DNA from: Planctomycetota bacterium
Lineage (GTDB): Bacteria; Planctomycetota; Phycisphaerae; Phycisphaerales; Phycisphaeraceae
Assembly: GCA_039188455.1 (NCBI GenBank)
Contig: JBCCZA010000001.1
Coordinates: 1 to 61,227 of the forward strand
Length of the DNA stretch: 61,227 nucleotides
Direction of reading: 5' to 3'
The translations under genes were made by a program, and so were the position numbers. Below, piece by piece: positions 1-9,033 of this stretch (positions are counted from its first letter, which is position 1; every line of letters starts with the position of its first letter). The notes beneath the pieces are model-generated. The model searched no databases, was not told where the DNA came from, and saw only the letters and a program-made list of their open reading frames with translations.

Positions 1-245
1 AGAACGGTCAGCGCCAGCGCCTCGCTCGCCCCCAACTGTGGCGGCTCGCTCATCCCCAGCCCGGTCAGCCGATAGCCCCGCCCCAGCTCGTGCGTCACGA
101 CTCCGCCGGCTTGGCGGATCGTCGTCAGGTCCCGGAACACGGTCCGGCGGCTCACCCCCAAGCGCTCCGCGAGGACGTCCACCGTCGCCGGCGCGTCCTC
201 TCGCAGCAGCTGCATCAGACGAAGTACCCGCGAAAGACGCGTCAC
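1..245 (-). CDS. HTH transcriptional regulator, YafY/DeoR-like (N-terminal part only; gene continues past the left edge)
   Basis: Own translation of the minus strand; it is absent from the ORF track because no stop lies in the window. Sequence: (V)TRLSRVLRLMQLLREDAPATVDVLAERLGVSRRTVFRDLTTIRQAGGVVTHELGRGYRLTGLGMSEPPQLGASEALALTVL. This is the winged-helix pattern typical of the N-terminus of WYL-domain regulators. Start uncertain (GTG 245, GTG 275 or ATG 215). Confidence 0.55.
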   Translation of the reverse strand, partial: MTRLSRVLRLMQLLREDAPATVDVLAERLGVSRRTVFRDLTTIRQAGGVVTHELGRGYRLTGLGMSEPPQLGASEALALTV

Positions 246-457
246 CAGCTCACCGCAACTCTCGAGCGAAAACACACAACTCGAACCTTGCCTACTGCCG
301 CCGGCGACGACAGGCTTCTCCACCGGCGGTAACGATGCGTAAAGCTAGTGAATAACTCGGCTTGGAGAGTGCCAGAGGGCTGTCACACCGATGGCTTTTT
401 CCAGATGACCGGCCGCGCCACTCAGACCGTACACGCCGCATATCGAACGAGGCTGAT

Positions 458-1555
458 TTACGCCGCCGGGGTCAGAGCGGTTCGCTGGCGGGCTCGGTCG
501 GCCGGCCTCTCGCTAGGCCCGGCACGCAGGAAGTCCAGCATCGCCTCGGCCGTGTCGATCGCCTGCACGTCGCGCTTCAGCCCCGGCCACGGCTGCAGCC
601 CCGCCGAGTACCAGCTGATCCGCCGCTTGATCGTCGCCAGCGCAATCCGCTCGTCACGCATCGCCAGCAGGTGGTTGAAGTGATCGACGACGAGCGCTGC
701 CCGCTGTGCCTGGGGCAGTGGCTCGGCGTCGCGCCCGGTTGCCAAGTGATAGGCGATGTCGCGGAACAGCCACGGGTTGCCCAGCGCCCCGCGCCCGATC
801 ATCACGCCGTCGCAGCCCGTTTGATCGAGCATCCGCCGCGCGTCGGCCGGCGTCTTCACGTCGCCGTTGCCGATGACCTTGACGTCGGGGTGATGGCGCT
901 TCACCGACGCAACCACCGCGGCGATCCCCTCCAGCCGGCACGTCCCGCGGAACTTCATGGCCGTTGTCCGACCGTGCACCGTCACCGCCGCGACCCCAGC
1001 ATCCGCCAGCCTTGCCGGCAGCGAGTCCACGATCAGGCAGTCGTCGTCCCACCCCAGCCGGATCTTCGCCGTCACCGGCACGCCCGTCGGCTCGAGCGCT
1101 CGCACCAGTTTCTCGACCAGCTCCACGGCCAGGCAGGGCTCGGTCAGCAGCTTGGACCCGCCGTTCTTCTTGGTCACCTTGTCGACCGGGCAGCCCATGT
1201 TGACGTCGACCACCGCCGCGCCGTGCTCAACCGCCCACTCGCCGGCCGCCGCCAATGTCTCGGGGTGCCGCCCGTACAGCTGCATGCACACCGGCGCATC
1301 GCGCTCGTCCGTCGCCGCCAGCCACATCGTCTTGTCGGTCTCGCGCAGGATCGCTTCGGGGCACAAGAGGTCCGTGCACGCCAGCCCCACCGCCCCGTAC
1401 GTCCCGTCCCCCACGTCCCGCGGCCCGTCCAAGTCCGCCGCGTCGCACGCCACCCCCGGCACCGACCGCACCACCAGCCGGAACGCCAGATCGCAATACC
1501 CCGCGATCGGCGCGAGCAGCAGGTTCGTCTTCAGCTGTACGGGGCCGATGCGCAT
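458..1555 (-). CDS. dus: tRNA-dihydrouridine synthase (Dus family)
   Basis: ORF 458..1576(-). Dus hallmarks: LAPIAGYCDLAFR, VDVNMGCPVDKV (catalytic Cys), TVHGRT, VIGNGDV, MIGRGALGNPWLF. Start set to internal ATG 1555 (MRIGPVQL); 1576 is the longest-ORF alternative. Confidence 0.85.
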   Translation of the reverse strand: MRIGPVQLKTNLLLAPIAGYCDLAFRLVVRSVPGVACDAADLDGPRDVGDGTYGAVGLACTDLLCPEAILRETDKTMWLAATDERDAPVCMQLYGRHPETLAAAGEWAVEHGAAVVDVNMGCPVDKVTKKNGGSKLLTEPCLAVELVEKLVRALEPTGVPVTAKIRLGWDDDCLIVDSLPARLADAGVAAVTVHGRTTAMKFRGTCRLEGIAAVVASVKRHHPDVKVIGNGDVKTPADARRMLDQTGCDGVMIGRGALGNPWLFRDIAYHLATGRDAEPLPQAQRAALVVDHFNHLLAMRDERIALATIKRRISWYSAGLQPWPGLKRDVQAIDTAEAMLDFLRAGPSERPADRARQRTALTPAA

Positions 1556-1583
1556 CGCACCACTATCGCATATCACCTCGCCG

Positions 1584-2345
1584 CTACCGCTGGTGCTCTG
1601 GGCTGTGGAAGCCTGCCTTGCAGCCCGCGTCCCACGCGTCCGGCTGGTTGCCGTGAGCGGGGATACCGCCCTGGTCCTTGAGCATGCGGGCCAAGTGCAG
1701 GCAGTTCCACACGAGGAAGGTGGTATTGCGGTTGGTGAAATCGTTCGCCGGTCCGCCCGAACCCTCGTCCATGTATGACGGGCCCGGCCCCGCTTCGCCC
1801 ATCCAGCCGGCGTCGGCCTGAGGGGGGACCGTGTACCCGATGTGCGACAGCGAGAACAACAGGTTCATCGCGCAATGCTTGACGCCGTCCTCGTTGCCGG
1901 TGATCAGGCAGGCGCCGACCTTCCCGTAGTCGCGGTACTGGCCCTTGTCGTTGAACCGGTGCGTGTAGCCGTACATCCGCTCGAGCGTGCGGCTGGCGAC
2001 CGAGCTCTTCTCGCCCAGCCACACGCTGCACCCGATAACGAGGATGTCGCAGGCGTCGATCTTGGCCTGGATCTGAGGCCAGTCGTCGCGGTCCCATTCG
2101 GGGGTCTGGCTCATGTCCAGGCCCAGCCCGGCGGGGACCTCGTAGTCGACCGGCCGAATGATCTCGGTCGACTTCACCCCGGCTCGCTCGAAGATGCCCT
2201 GCGCGACCTTGATCAGCCCTTCGGTGTGGCTCATGATCGGCGATCGGCTGAGCGTGCAGTTGAGGAACAAGACGCTCAGATCGTCGTAGGCGGCTGGCGG
2301 GACGCTGCAGAGCTGCTGCGTGACCTTCTCGAGCTGGTCGGACAT
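1584..2345 (-). CDS. flavodoxin-like / NAD(P)H-dependent FMN reductase family protein
   Basis: ORF 1584..2420(-). Flavodoxin-fold pattern: VLFLNCTLSRSP, ACDILVIGCSVWLGEKSS, LITGNEDG. Start moved to ATG 2345 (GGAG 6 nt upstream). The 25 codons upstream of it have visibly lower third-position GC. Confidence 0.7.
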   Translation of the reverse strand: MSDQLEKVTQQLCSVPPAAYDDLSVLFLNCTLSRSPIMSHTEGLIKVAQGIFERAGVKSTEIIRPVDYEVPAGLGLDMSQTPEWDRDDWPQIQAKIDACDILVIGCSVWLGEKSSVASRTLERMYGYTHRFNDKGQYRDYGKVGACLITGNEDGVKHCAMNLLFSLSHIGYTVPPQADAGWMGEAGPGPSYMDEGSGGPANDFTNRNTTFLVWNCLHLARMLKDQGGIPAHGNQPDAWDAGCKAGFHSPEHQR

Positions 2346-2416
2346 GTCGGCTCCAGGGTGGGGTGGCGGATGAAGACCCTGGCAACCTATCCGAACCACC
2401 CGGGCCGGGGGAGGCG

Positions 2417-2908
2417 TCACCAGTCGAGACGGATCACCACTTCGCCGTCGTCGACCTCGCCGGTGGGCTTAAACCCGAGCCGCTCGTAGAAAGCCGCCGC
2501 CGAGCCGTCCTTCGGCACGTAGGACGACTTCAGCTCCCGCGCGTCCGGCAGGGTTTTGACATGCTCGATCGCCAGCCGCACCCCGGCCGCGCCATAGCCC
2601 TTGCCTTGGTGCTCCGCATCGACCATGAGCCGCCAGAGGTAGTACGACGCCCGCCCCTCCTCGACCTCGGGGTGATCGGGCCCGACGAGGTCGAGCATCA
2701 GGAACCCGACCGGCGTGTCCCCCGCGTAGATCGCCCGCGGCCACGCCCGATCCGGGTAGACGTACGCCTCGGCCAGCGAGTTCGAGTTGGTTGCCACCAG
2801 CCCGTCCTGCCCGGGTGCGACCCTTAGCTTGACCACGGCCGCCACGTTCTCCGGCGTGACCGGCCGCAGCGTCACCACGCCCAATCGCTCACCCGGGTTG
2901 GCGGTCAT
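2417..2908 (-). CDS. GNAT family N-acetyltransferase
   Basis: 163-aa ORF with an acetyl-CoA motif A region (RLMVDAEHQGKGYGAAGVRLAIEHV, Q/RxxGxG/A) and a C-terminal FYERLGF. The ATG at 2908 overlaps the upstream stop (ATGA). Confidence 0.8.
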   Translation of the reverse strand: MTANPGERLGVVTLRPVTPENVAAVVKLRVAPGQDGLVATNSNSLAEAYVYPDRAWPRAIYAGDTPVGFLMLDLVGPDHPEVEEGRASYYLWRLMVDAEHQGKGYGAAGVRLAIEHVKTLPDARELKSSYVPKDGSAAAFYERLGFKPTGEVDDGEVVIRLDW

Positions 2909-3501
2909 GCCTTCCGTCGTCGCATCATCAATGACGCGCCCCCTAGGGCCAGGAGGGTGAGGGACGCTGGCTCAGGGACAAGGACGAAGCGGCCGATGTT
3001 GGACTCCGCTGCCTGTTGACCGCTGAAGGCGAAGTGGGCGCCGCGCTGCGGGCAGGGCGCGACAAGGCAGAAGATCTCATCGACGGTGGTATCCACATAG
3101 GCATTGGCGGCGCGGATGGTGGTGTACTCGAAGGAGAAGCTGCCGCCGGCATAACCGGCGAGTTCGCCGTCGACGACCTGGAACGGGGTGTTGTTGAGGT
3201 CGTTCTGGATGGTGGTGGCTTCAGAGAAGCCGGCCGCCTGGTCGATCGAGAAGCCGTTGTCGAAGGTGAACGAGATGGAAAGCACCGACTGTGGGCCGAA
3301 GGTGGTGATGAAGTTCTCGGCGTCGGTGTAGAGGATGTCGATGCCGTTGGTGTTAGCGCTGATGTAGGCGTCGTCGAAGATGATCTGGCCCTGCCCGCCG
3401 GAGCCGCGGTCGGGGACCCACTCGTAAACGAGCACGGCTTGGGCGTGGGTGGCGGTAACGGCCAGAGCGGTCAGCGCGAACGCGTGGACGATGCGATGCA
3501 T
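2905..3501 (-). CDS. PEP-CTERM sorting-domain secreted protein
   Basis: C-terminus VPEPASLTLLALGGASLMMRRRKA (PEP motif + TM helix + basic cluster). N-terminal signal peptide MHRIVHAFALTALAVTATHAQA. Start set to ATG 3501, which is preceded by GGAGG. Confidence 0.8.
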   Translation of the reverse strand: MHRIVHAFALTALAVTATHAQAVLVYEWVPDRGSGGQGQIIFDDAYISANTNGIDILYTDAENFITTFGPQSVLSISFTFDNGFSIDQAAGFSEATTIQNDLNNTPFQVVDGELAGYAGGSFSFEYTTIRAANAYVDTTVDEIFCLVAPCPQRGAHFAFSGQQAAESNIGRFVLVPEPASLTLLALGGASLMMRRRKA

Positions 3502-3729
3502 GAGGGGCCTCCGGGGATGGGATGTCGACGAAACCACCGGCCACCTCGGCGGGGCCGGGTGAGCGAGCGGCGCGACGCGAGGCCACCTTAGGGTGACGCG
3601 GTTAGCGAGGGGTGTCGCTCGCTCCTCCTACCCGATCAACACTATCGAGCGAGCGAGGCGGCCACAATGCCATTGCACGTTTCTCGAACGATAATCCCCG
3701 GCATTGACCGCGATGAGCGTTGGTCGCCC

Positions 3730-4167
3730 TTAAATCGAATTCACGATCCGGTCTGCCCCGGCGTCCATCGCGAGGTTCGCGAGCTGGTCGGCCCGCTTGT
3801 TCTTGTCGCGGTAGACGTGGGTGATGGTGGACGCAGGGAAGGCGCTGAGCAGCGAGCTGGCCTTCTGGTAGAGCGGCTTGAGGTCGGGGGACTTGACTCG
3901 GTACTCGCCAAGCAGCTGCTTGACCATCAGCTGGGAGTCGGAGCGGACGGTGACGCGCTGGGCGTTCATCGTCGTAGCAACCTCGAGGGCCTTGAGCAGG
4001 CCGGAGTACTCGGCGACGTTGTTGGTGCAGCGGCCGAGCCAGTAGCCGGCCTCGTGCAGGGGCGTGCCGTCGGGGTCTGAGATGACGACGCCGGCGCCGG
4101 CTGGGCCGGGGTTGCCGCGGGCACCGCCGTCGACGTGGATCACGACTTCGTCAATGACATGGCTCAT
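3730..4167 (-). CDS. rnhA: ribonuclease HI family protein
   Basis: RNase H catalytic pattern: IHVDGGARGNPGPAG, NNVAEYSGLLKAL, VRSDSQLMV, RDKNKRADQLAN. The first codon of the track ORF (4188) is TTG; ATG 4167 (MSHVIDEVVIHVDGG) gives a typical N-terminus. Confidence 0.85.
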   Translation of the reverse strand: MSHVIDEVVIHVDGGARGNPGPAGAGVVISDPDGTPLHEAGYWLGRCTNNVAEYSGLLKALEVATTMNAQRVTVRSDSQLMVKQLLGEYRVKSPDLKPLYQKASSLLSAFPASTITHVYRDKNKRADQLANLAMDAGADRIVNSI

Positions 4168-4257
4168 GTGGGATGGATCATGGATCAAGCAGGTGAATCG
4201 AGCAACCGGTCAGCCCAGGCGGCTGATCCATGCTCCCTGGCACATGCTCCGTGATCG

Positions 4258-5037
4258 TTACTTCGCGGCGATCGCCGACTTGAGGTCCTTGGCCATCGTG
4301 AGGATCCGCCCGCAGCAGGGGCAGCAGACGACCGAGTCGGGCGAGCGCATCACGGCCGAGACGGTCTCGACCGGCAGGGCCATGTAGCACTCGCCGCAGG
4401 TGTATTCCTTGCGCCGGCGGTCCTGCTCCTCGACACGCGCCAACGCCTCGCCCTCGTGCTCGACGATCAGCCGCTCATACTGACGCAACGTGTCCTCGTC
4501 GATCTCGGCGGCCGCTTCGGTGCGCTCGCCGGTCAGCTCGTCCTTGCGCTGCTGGATCTCGGCCTCGGCCTCTTCCAGCTCGCCCTTGGCCCCGGACACG
4601 AGCGTCTTCTGTTCGCCGAGCTGGGCCTCGATCTCGCCGAGCTTGGCCTCGAGCTGCTCGACCGTGGTCATCGCCTCGAGCGTCTCGTCGTCGAGCTGCG
4701 TCTTGTCGGCCTTGAGGGTGTTCATCTCGACCAGCATCGCGGAGTACTCCTTGTTGCTGGTGACCGAGTTCATGCGGTCGCGCATGGTCGTGACGCGTTC
4801 ATCGATGTCGGCGGCCTGCTTCTCGAGCGTGGTCGCGTGGGCCTTGCTCTGCTGACGCTGGGCGTCGAGTTCGTCGTGCTGCTGGTGCAGGACGTCGAGC
4901 TTGTCGGTGAGTTTGTCGAGGCGACGGGTGCGGGCACCGACACGGCTGGTCAGGGCGCGGAGCATGCCGTCGATTTGGTTGAGGTGTTCGAGCCGGTCGT
5001 GGAGGGTCAACAGGGGTCTCCGGGCGGGGTCTACCAA
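4258..5037 (-). CDS. coiled-coil protein with C-terminal C4 zinc ribbon (COG1579/DUF164-like)
   Basis: Long heptad-rich body followed by CGECYMALPVETVSAVMRSPDSVVCCPCCGRIL (CxxC...CxxC). The longest ORF starts at TTG 5037; another TTG at 5010 follows a GGAGA. Start uncertain. Confidence 0.75.
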   Translation of the reverse strand: MVDPARRPLLTLHDRLEHLNQIDGMLRALTSRVGARTRRLDKLTDKLDVLHQQHDELDAQRQQSKAHATTLEKQAADIDERVTTMRDRMNSVTSNKEYSAMLVEMNTLKADKTQLDDETLEAMTTVEQLEAKLGEIEAQLGEQKTLVSGAKGELEEAEAEIQQRKDELTGERTEAAAEIDEDTLRQYERLIVEHEGEALARVEEQDRRRKEYTCGECYMALPVETVSAVMRSPDSVVCCPCCGRILTMAKDLKSAIAAK

Positions 5038-5132
5038 TATACATACGGCGGGGTGCGGCCCAACCCGGGGACGCCCCGAGCGGTCGCCTTGCCGAGGGCG
5101 CGGGCGGCCTTTATGATCCCCGATTCCCTCGC

Positions 5133-5205
5133 GGGGCCGTAGCTCAGTTGGGAGAGCGCGTGCATGGCATGCACGAGGTCAGGGGTTCGAGCCCCCTCGG
5201 CTCCA
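5133..5205 (+). tRNA. tRNA-Ala (anticodon GGC)
   Basis: Hand-folded cloverleaf. Acceptor stem GGGGCCG/CGGCTCC with the G3:U70 alanine identity pair. D-arm GCTCAGTTGGGAGAGC. Anticodon stem CGTGC/GCACG with loop ATGGCAT (GGC). T-arm AGGGG-TTCGAGC-CCCCT. Discriminator A; CCA not encoded. Confidence 0.9.
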
Positions 5206-6343
5206 TTTCCGCCGGTCCCGGCCGTCTGGCTGGGTTGGCTGTCAGCTCCATGTCGGCGACTTTCGGACGCCAGGATGTTCCGAGGCCGTCTTCAGGATCG
5301 ATGGACCTCGGGATCGCGATTGTGGCGCTCCTCGGGGGACGAGGCGCCAGGCAACGAGGCGACTCGGGACGCCGCTCGTACCGCAGGCTCAGAGGTCATC
5401 CGTGTGTCGGCGGCGTGATCGGTCACTCGCTTGGCGAGCCCATAACCACAATCGCCGTCTCGTGTCGGCACGCTTCGTTCTGGTTTCCAGATCGGATCAA
5501 AGCCGAGTTTGGGAAAGCGCTCCGGAGAGTGGTTTGACGGCATGCTGAACTGCACCTCATCGAGCCCTTGGCCCGTCACGGGCGTATTGCGAAAGCCGGT
5601 TCGTTTGCGCCGGCAGAAGATGCACAAGACACGCACCCAGACCGCCTGCGGGGTTCAGCGACGACCCGTAACGGCCGAGTCGTTCAACTCAACGGGCCCC
5701 GAAGGCAAACCGAGTCCGAAGGCTGCGTTCTGCGACAGCGTTCGCTCGGCGTGTTGCCCGACGAGGCGACCGCCGTCTTTGCGGACAGTTGCGTTAAGCG
5801 AGGCACCGGCGCGACCGGAAGCGATCGCGCCGTGGCAGCTGAAAGACTCAATCTGAGAAGTCGATCTATTCGGCTTCCGCGAGGAACAGCTCAAGGTAAT
5901 CCGCTGGCATTTGGTGTGCTCTTCCAAGTTTGGCAGAGGGGGTGGCGGCCGTGAACGCGGGCAGGTCAGCGTCGCAACGGCGTAAAAATTGCCTCGAATC
6001 GTCAAACGCGTCGGCCCCTAGTTGGATCGGCGCGACTCGTCGGTCTGTCGTGGGTGCGAGCACACGGATAAAGCGGTCAGCACGACGCTCTGGAATCTCC
6101 GCCGCTGTCAAGCCGCGCCGCCGACGTGGCTTGCGTATCGTCACGCCGAAGAAGGCTCGGGCAGAGTTGTGAAATGCGAGTTGTCGCAAAGAGTGCGGAG
6201 AGACGGCAGGGCCCGAACAAACCTGGGCGAAGCTTCAAGGGCCAAATGGCATTGGCATCCAGCCGGTTGATCGCATCACGGCAAAAGACTGCTGGAAGTG
6301 CCCCGTCGCGATACAGGGTATTGCGCCTCTGTGTTCCCGCGGG

Positions 6344-7366
6344 TCATGCTGGGCCGCCGGACATCATGGATTCGCTGTCAACACGGTTGCGGGATTGCAG
6401 TTCGCTAGACCTCACGAACCTAGACTGCAGATACGACGATTCGGTCCGTCGTCGGCAGCGCATCGGTAGGAGGCCCTTGATCACGCTCCGTAGCGCCATA
6501 TGACCGAAGAAGGGCAGGCACTCTACGAGGTATCGCTTGAACAGACGACGTGGTTCGCTGGAAAGGCGATGCAGCCACTCCATCCCGCTTCGTTGCATCC
6601 ACTGAGGTGCCCGAGCCGACTCGCCCGCGACAAAGCTGAAGCTGTACCCAACGCCGAGATACCAAGCTTCAGGCATCCGGCGGTATAGCGATTCCATCAC
6701 GCGTTCTTGCTTCGGGCATCCAAGGGCGACGTAGACGATGTCGGGCTCGGCATCGATCACGGCTTGGTACATCTTCATGCGTTCTTCGGGATCGCTATCG
6801 AAGCCAAATGGCGGGCAGTAGTGCCCCGCCACTTGGAGGTCGGGGTACGTCTTTGTGAGTTGCTGGGCGGCCCGCTCGGCCGTGCCTTCATTGCCGCCGA
6901 GGAAGTAGACCGATAGGCCTCGCTTCGCGGCTAACTCGCTGAGCGACCAGATCAGACTCGAGCCGGCGATCCGCTCGGGCAGGGGTGTCCGTTGCAGCCA
7001 ACTGGCCCAGACCAGCGGCATGCCGTCGGCCGCCCGAAGGTCGGCCTGTTTGACCAAGTCGGCCACCTCCGGGTCGCGACAGCAGAGGCGAAGGATGTGC
7101 AGGTTGGGTGTTACGACTCGCCCGCCGTTGCCTCGCATCGATTCTCGTGCGATCAGCTTGGTGCAGCGCTGCTCGGAGATCGCATGGAAGTCGAAGCCGC
7201 GCATCCAGACCCGGGGGAGGTCGGTGAACCGCAGCCGGTTGACTTGTTGAGGTGTGATCGATGCGCTGCGCCAGAGCTTGCGGGGCTTTGTCCTCTGGCC
7301 GACAGCCGCTGGTGACGGCCGCGTGGCCGGCTCTACGTGCGCACCGATCGCGCTGGTGGTGGTCAT
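6344..7366 (-). CDS. WecB/TagA/CpsF-family glycosyltransferase
   Basis: VVTPNLHILR, ADGMPLVWAS, VYFLGGNEGTAERAAQQL, VALGCPKQERVM, GVGYSFSFVAGESARAPQWMQRSGMEWLHRL are the characteristic blocks of the TagA/WecG family. Start ATG 7366 or the longest-ORF start 7408. Confidence 0.8.
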   Translation of the reverse strand: MTTTSAIGAHVEPATRPSPAAVGQRTKPRKLWRSASITPQQVNRLRFTDLPRVWMRGFDFHAISEQRCTKLIARESMRGNGGRVVTPNLHILRLCCRDPEVADLVKQADLRAADGMPLVWASWLQRTPLPERIAGSSLIWSLSELAAKRGLSVYFLGGNEGTAERAAQQLTKTYPDLQVAGHYCPPFGFDSDPEERMKMYQAVIDAEPDIVYVALGCPKQERVMESLYRRMPEAWYLGVGYSFSFVAGESARAPQWMQRSGMEWLHRLSSEPRRLFKRYLVECLPFFGHMALRSVIKGLLPMRCRRRTESSYLQSRFVRSSELQSRNRVDSESMMSGGPA

Positions 7367-7677
7367 GGCGAAGCCCTCGTAGTCGATCACCCTTCGGGCG
7401 GCCGACACTCGCTATCTAGCGATATCCCTCACTTTGCATCGCCCACGTAGGCGAGCCTCCATCTCCTACTCACGATCCACCAGAACAACCGCGGCCGATC
7501 TTGTATGCGTCTAGGGTTTGGCTTACTTGGCCAATCCTATTGTCGTGCCCCCTCAGGCACCTGTCGTCGGCATCGCGCCGACGCACGCCCCGTCTTTTGA
7601 CTTAATAACTCCTATACGGCTGGCAGTCAACCGGCCTGAAGGAATTCTTACGAAAAGTCTCACGATGATCGGCTGGC

Positions 7678-8601
7678 TCAGCGGGGGCCGCGCCGGCAGA
7701 CCATCGCGATACCCAAGGACACCAGCAGAATCGACGCTGGCTCGGGGATCGGGTTGGCCGTGGTTCGTGCGTCGCCATCGACGTAGATGTCGTCGATGTA
7801 GATCGCGTCGTCCTGCGAGGCATCATTACCCAAGAGGACGCCGATGCCGAGGATCGGCGGCTGATTCGTCAAACCTAGACCGTTCGCGGTGTCGTCGTAG
7901 AGCCGATAGGCGCGGCGGAAGAAAATCACGTCGTTGTTGGACGGGTCGAGCTCGGTTTGAACCGCGTAGGGGCCTGAGTCCGCCTCAATAAAGACGTCAA
8001 AGACGTCGTAAGCCCTGCTGAACTCGTTGCCGCTGCTGTCCCGGACATCGTTGTTGAGCACCATCCAAATGCGGTACCACGTATCGGCGAGCACCGGGGC
8101 GATATCGCTGTCTAGGCGGTCGAATCCGCCATAATTTCGCGCGTCGAACTGTGAGCTCTGCCGTACTTGAGCTGCGAAGGCATCGAACGGATTCGCGGGG
8201 ATGCCGCCAAGGATGTCGTCTGCCCAGATCAGGCCGAAAGAGGCGTCGGGATTGCCGTCTGTCGTCTCGTAGCGGAACCTGGCGAATAGCGTTCCTTGCT
8301 CGCCATCGTTGATCAAAGGGACTCGGACCGGCAGGTAGGTGATGTTGTCGCGGCCCGTGACCTTCAGCACGAGGTTGGACGGGTCGGCGGGGTCGGTCAC
8401 AACGGTGCTCTGGGTGGGCGGCCGGTTGATTCCAGTGCCTTGCTCCCAGCCATTCTGCCCGCCGATGTTGGCGCCTTGTACGTAGCCGGTCTCGAAATCG
8501 TCGATGAGAACCAACGCAGCCGAGGCGTGGCCGCTGGCGGCAAAAATGACGGGCGCAACCAGCGCAACTCTCACGCGACGTCGTCGGCTGTTCAACATCA
8601 T
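7678..8601 (-). CDS. PEP-CTERM sorting-domain protein, probable LamG/concanavalin-like lectin fold
   Basis: C-terminus IPEPASILLVSLGIAMVCRRGPR. Signal peptide after MMLNSRRRRVRVALVAPVIFAASGHASA. Start set to ATG 8601, preceded by GGAGGA. The body is beta-rich (LVLKVTG, TLFARFRY, WYRIWMVLN, IYIDDIYVD). Confidence 0.75.
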   Translation of the reverse strand: MMLNSRRRRVRVALVAPVIFAASGHASAALVLIDDFETGYVQGANIGGQNGWEQGTGINRPPTQSTVVTDPADPSNLVLKVTGRDNITYLPVRVPLINDGEQGTLFARFRYETTDGNPDASFGLIWADDILGGIPANPFDAFAAQVRQSSQFDARNYGGFDRLDSDIAPVLADTWYRIWMVLNNDVRDSSGNEFSRAYDVFDVFIEADSGPYAVQTELDPSNNDVIFFRRAYRLYDDTANGLGLTNQPPILGIGVLLGNDASQDDAIYIDDIYVDGDARTTANPIPEPASILLVSLGIAMVCRRGPR

Positions 8602-9033
8602 TCCTCCTGCCGCGGGATCGGCGACACTACAAACCGGGTGGCTCCCGACTTGGTTAAAATAGCGAATTTTATCAGAGCGGCTACGGTGACCTATCGGGAT
8701 GAATCGAAAAGCCACGGCTCAGCTAACTCTATTCACATAATTAAAAATAGGAAATCTGGGGGTTCTAGATATCTAAGAGTTTGCCCCAGTAGACTCCGTA
8801 GTATTCCCATTGCGATGCTGCTAGAGCGTTTGCGGCGGCCTTGTGACAGGTGCGTTCGGCGGCTACTCTGCCGCAGACGGCCTAGGCCGCTTCAGACCCC
8901 GCCTGCTCGTTCGGGTTGTCGCCGGTGACTTAGGTAGCCGCTGACAACGGAGTTGAACACCAGACTTACAACTCTGCCCGGTTTTGCGACGACCGCTCAG
9001 CCCAAAGTGTGTACGGCGTCGCGGAAGTGCTCA

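Noticed and set aside
2346-2420. Extending the flavodoxin-like gene to GTG 2420, which would create another GTGA overlap with the GNAT stop
   Set aside because: The 25 extra codons (VTPPPARVVRIGCQGLHPPPHPGAD) have about 40% A/T at third positions, unlike the rest of the gene. ATG 2345 also has a GGAG at the right distance.
5866-6189. 107-aa minus-strand ORF, loosely resembling a DUF2384/MbcA-type antitoxin (LTAAE..ERRADRFIRV...FDDSRQFLRR), with a possible RES-toxin remnant downstream
   Set aside because: The spacing of the supposed conserved blocks does not fit. The start is TTG with no RBS. No RES-like sequence could be found in any frame of 5290..5865. Codon bias is poor. It was left unannotated and mentioned only as part of the gene-poor stretch.
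5206-8950. Integrated element at tRNA-Ala (looked for an integrase and a direct repeat of the tRNA 3' end GGTTCGAGCCCCCTCGGCTCCA)
   Set aside because: No tyrosine or serine recombinase motifs in any frame, and no second copy of the tRNA 3' segment seen by eye. Only the compositional anomaly is reported.
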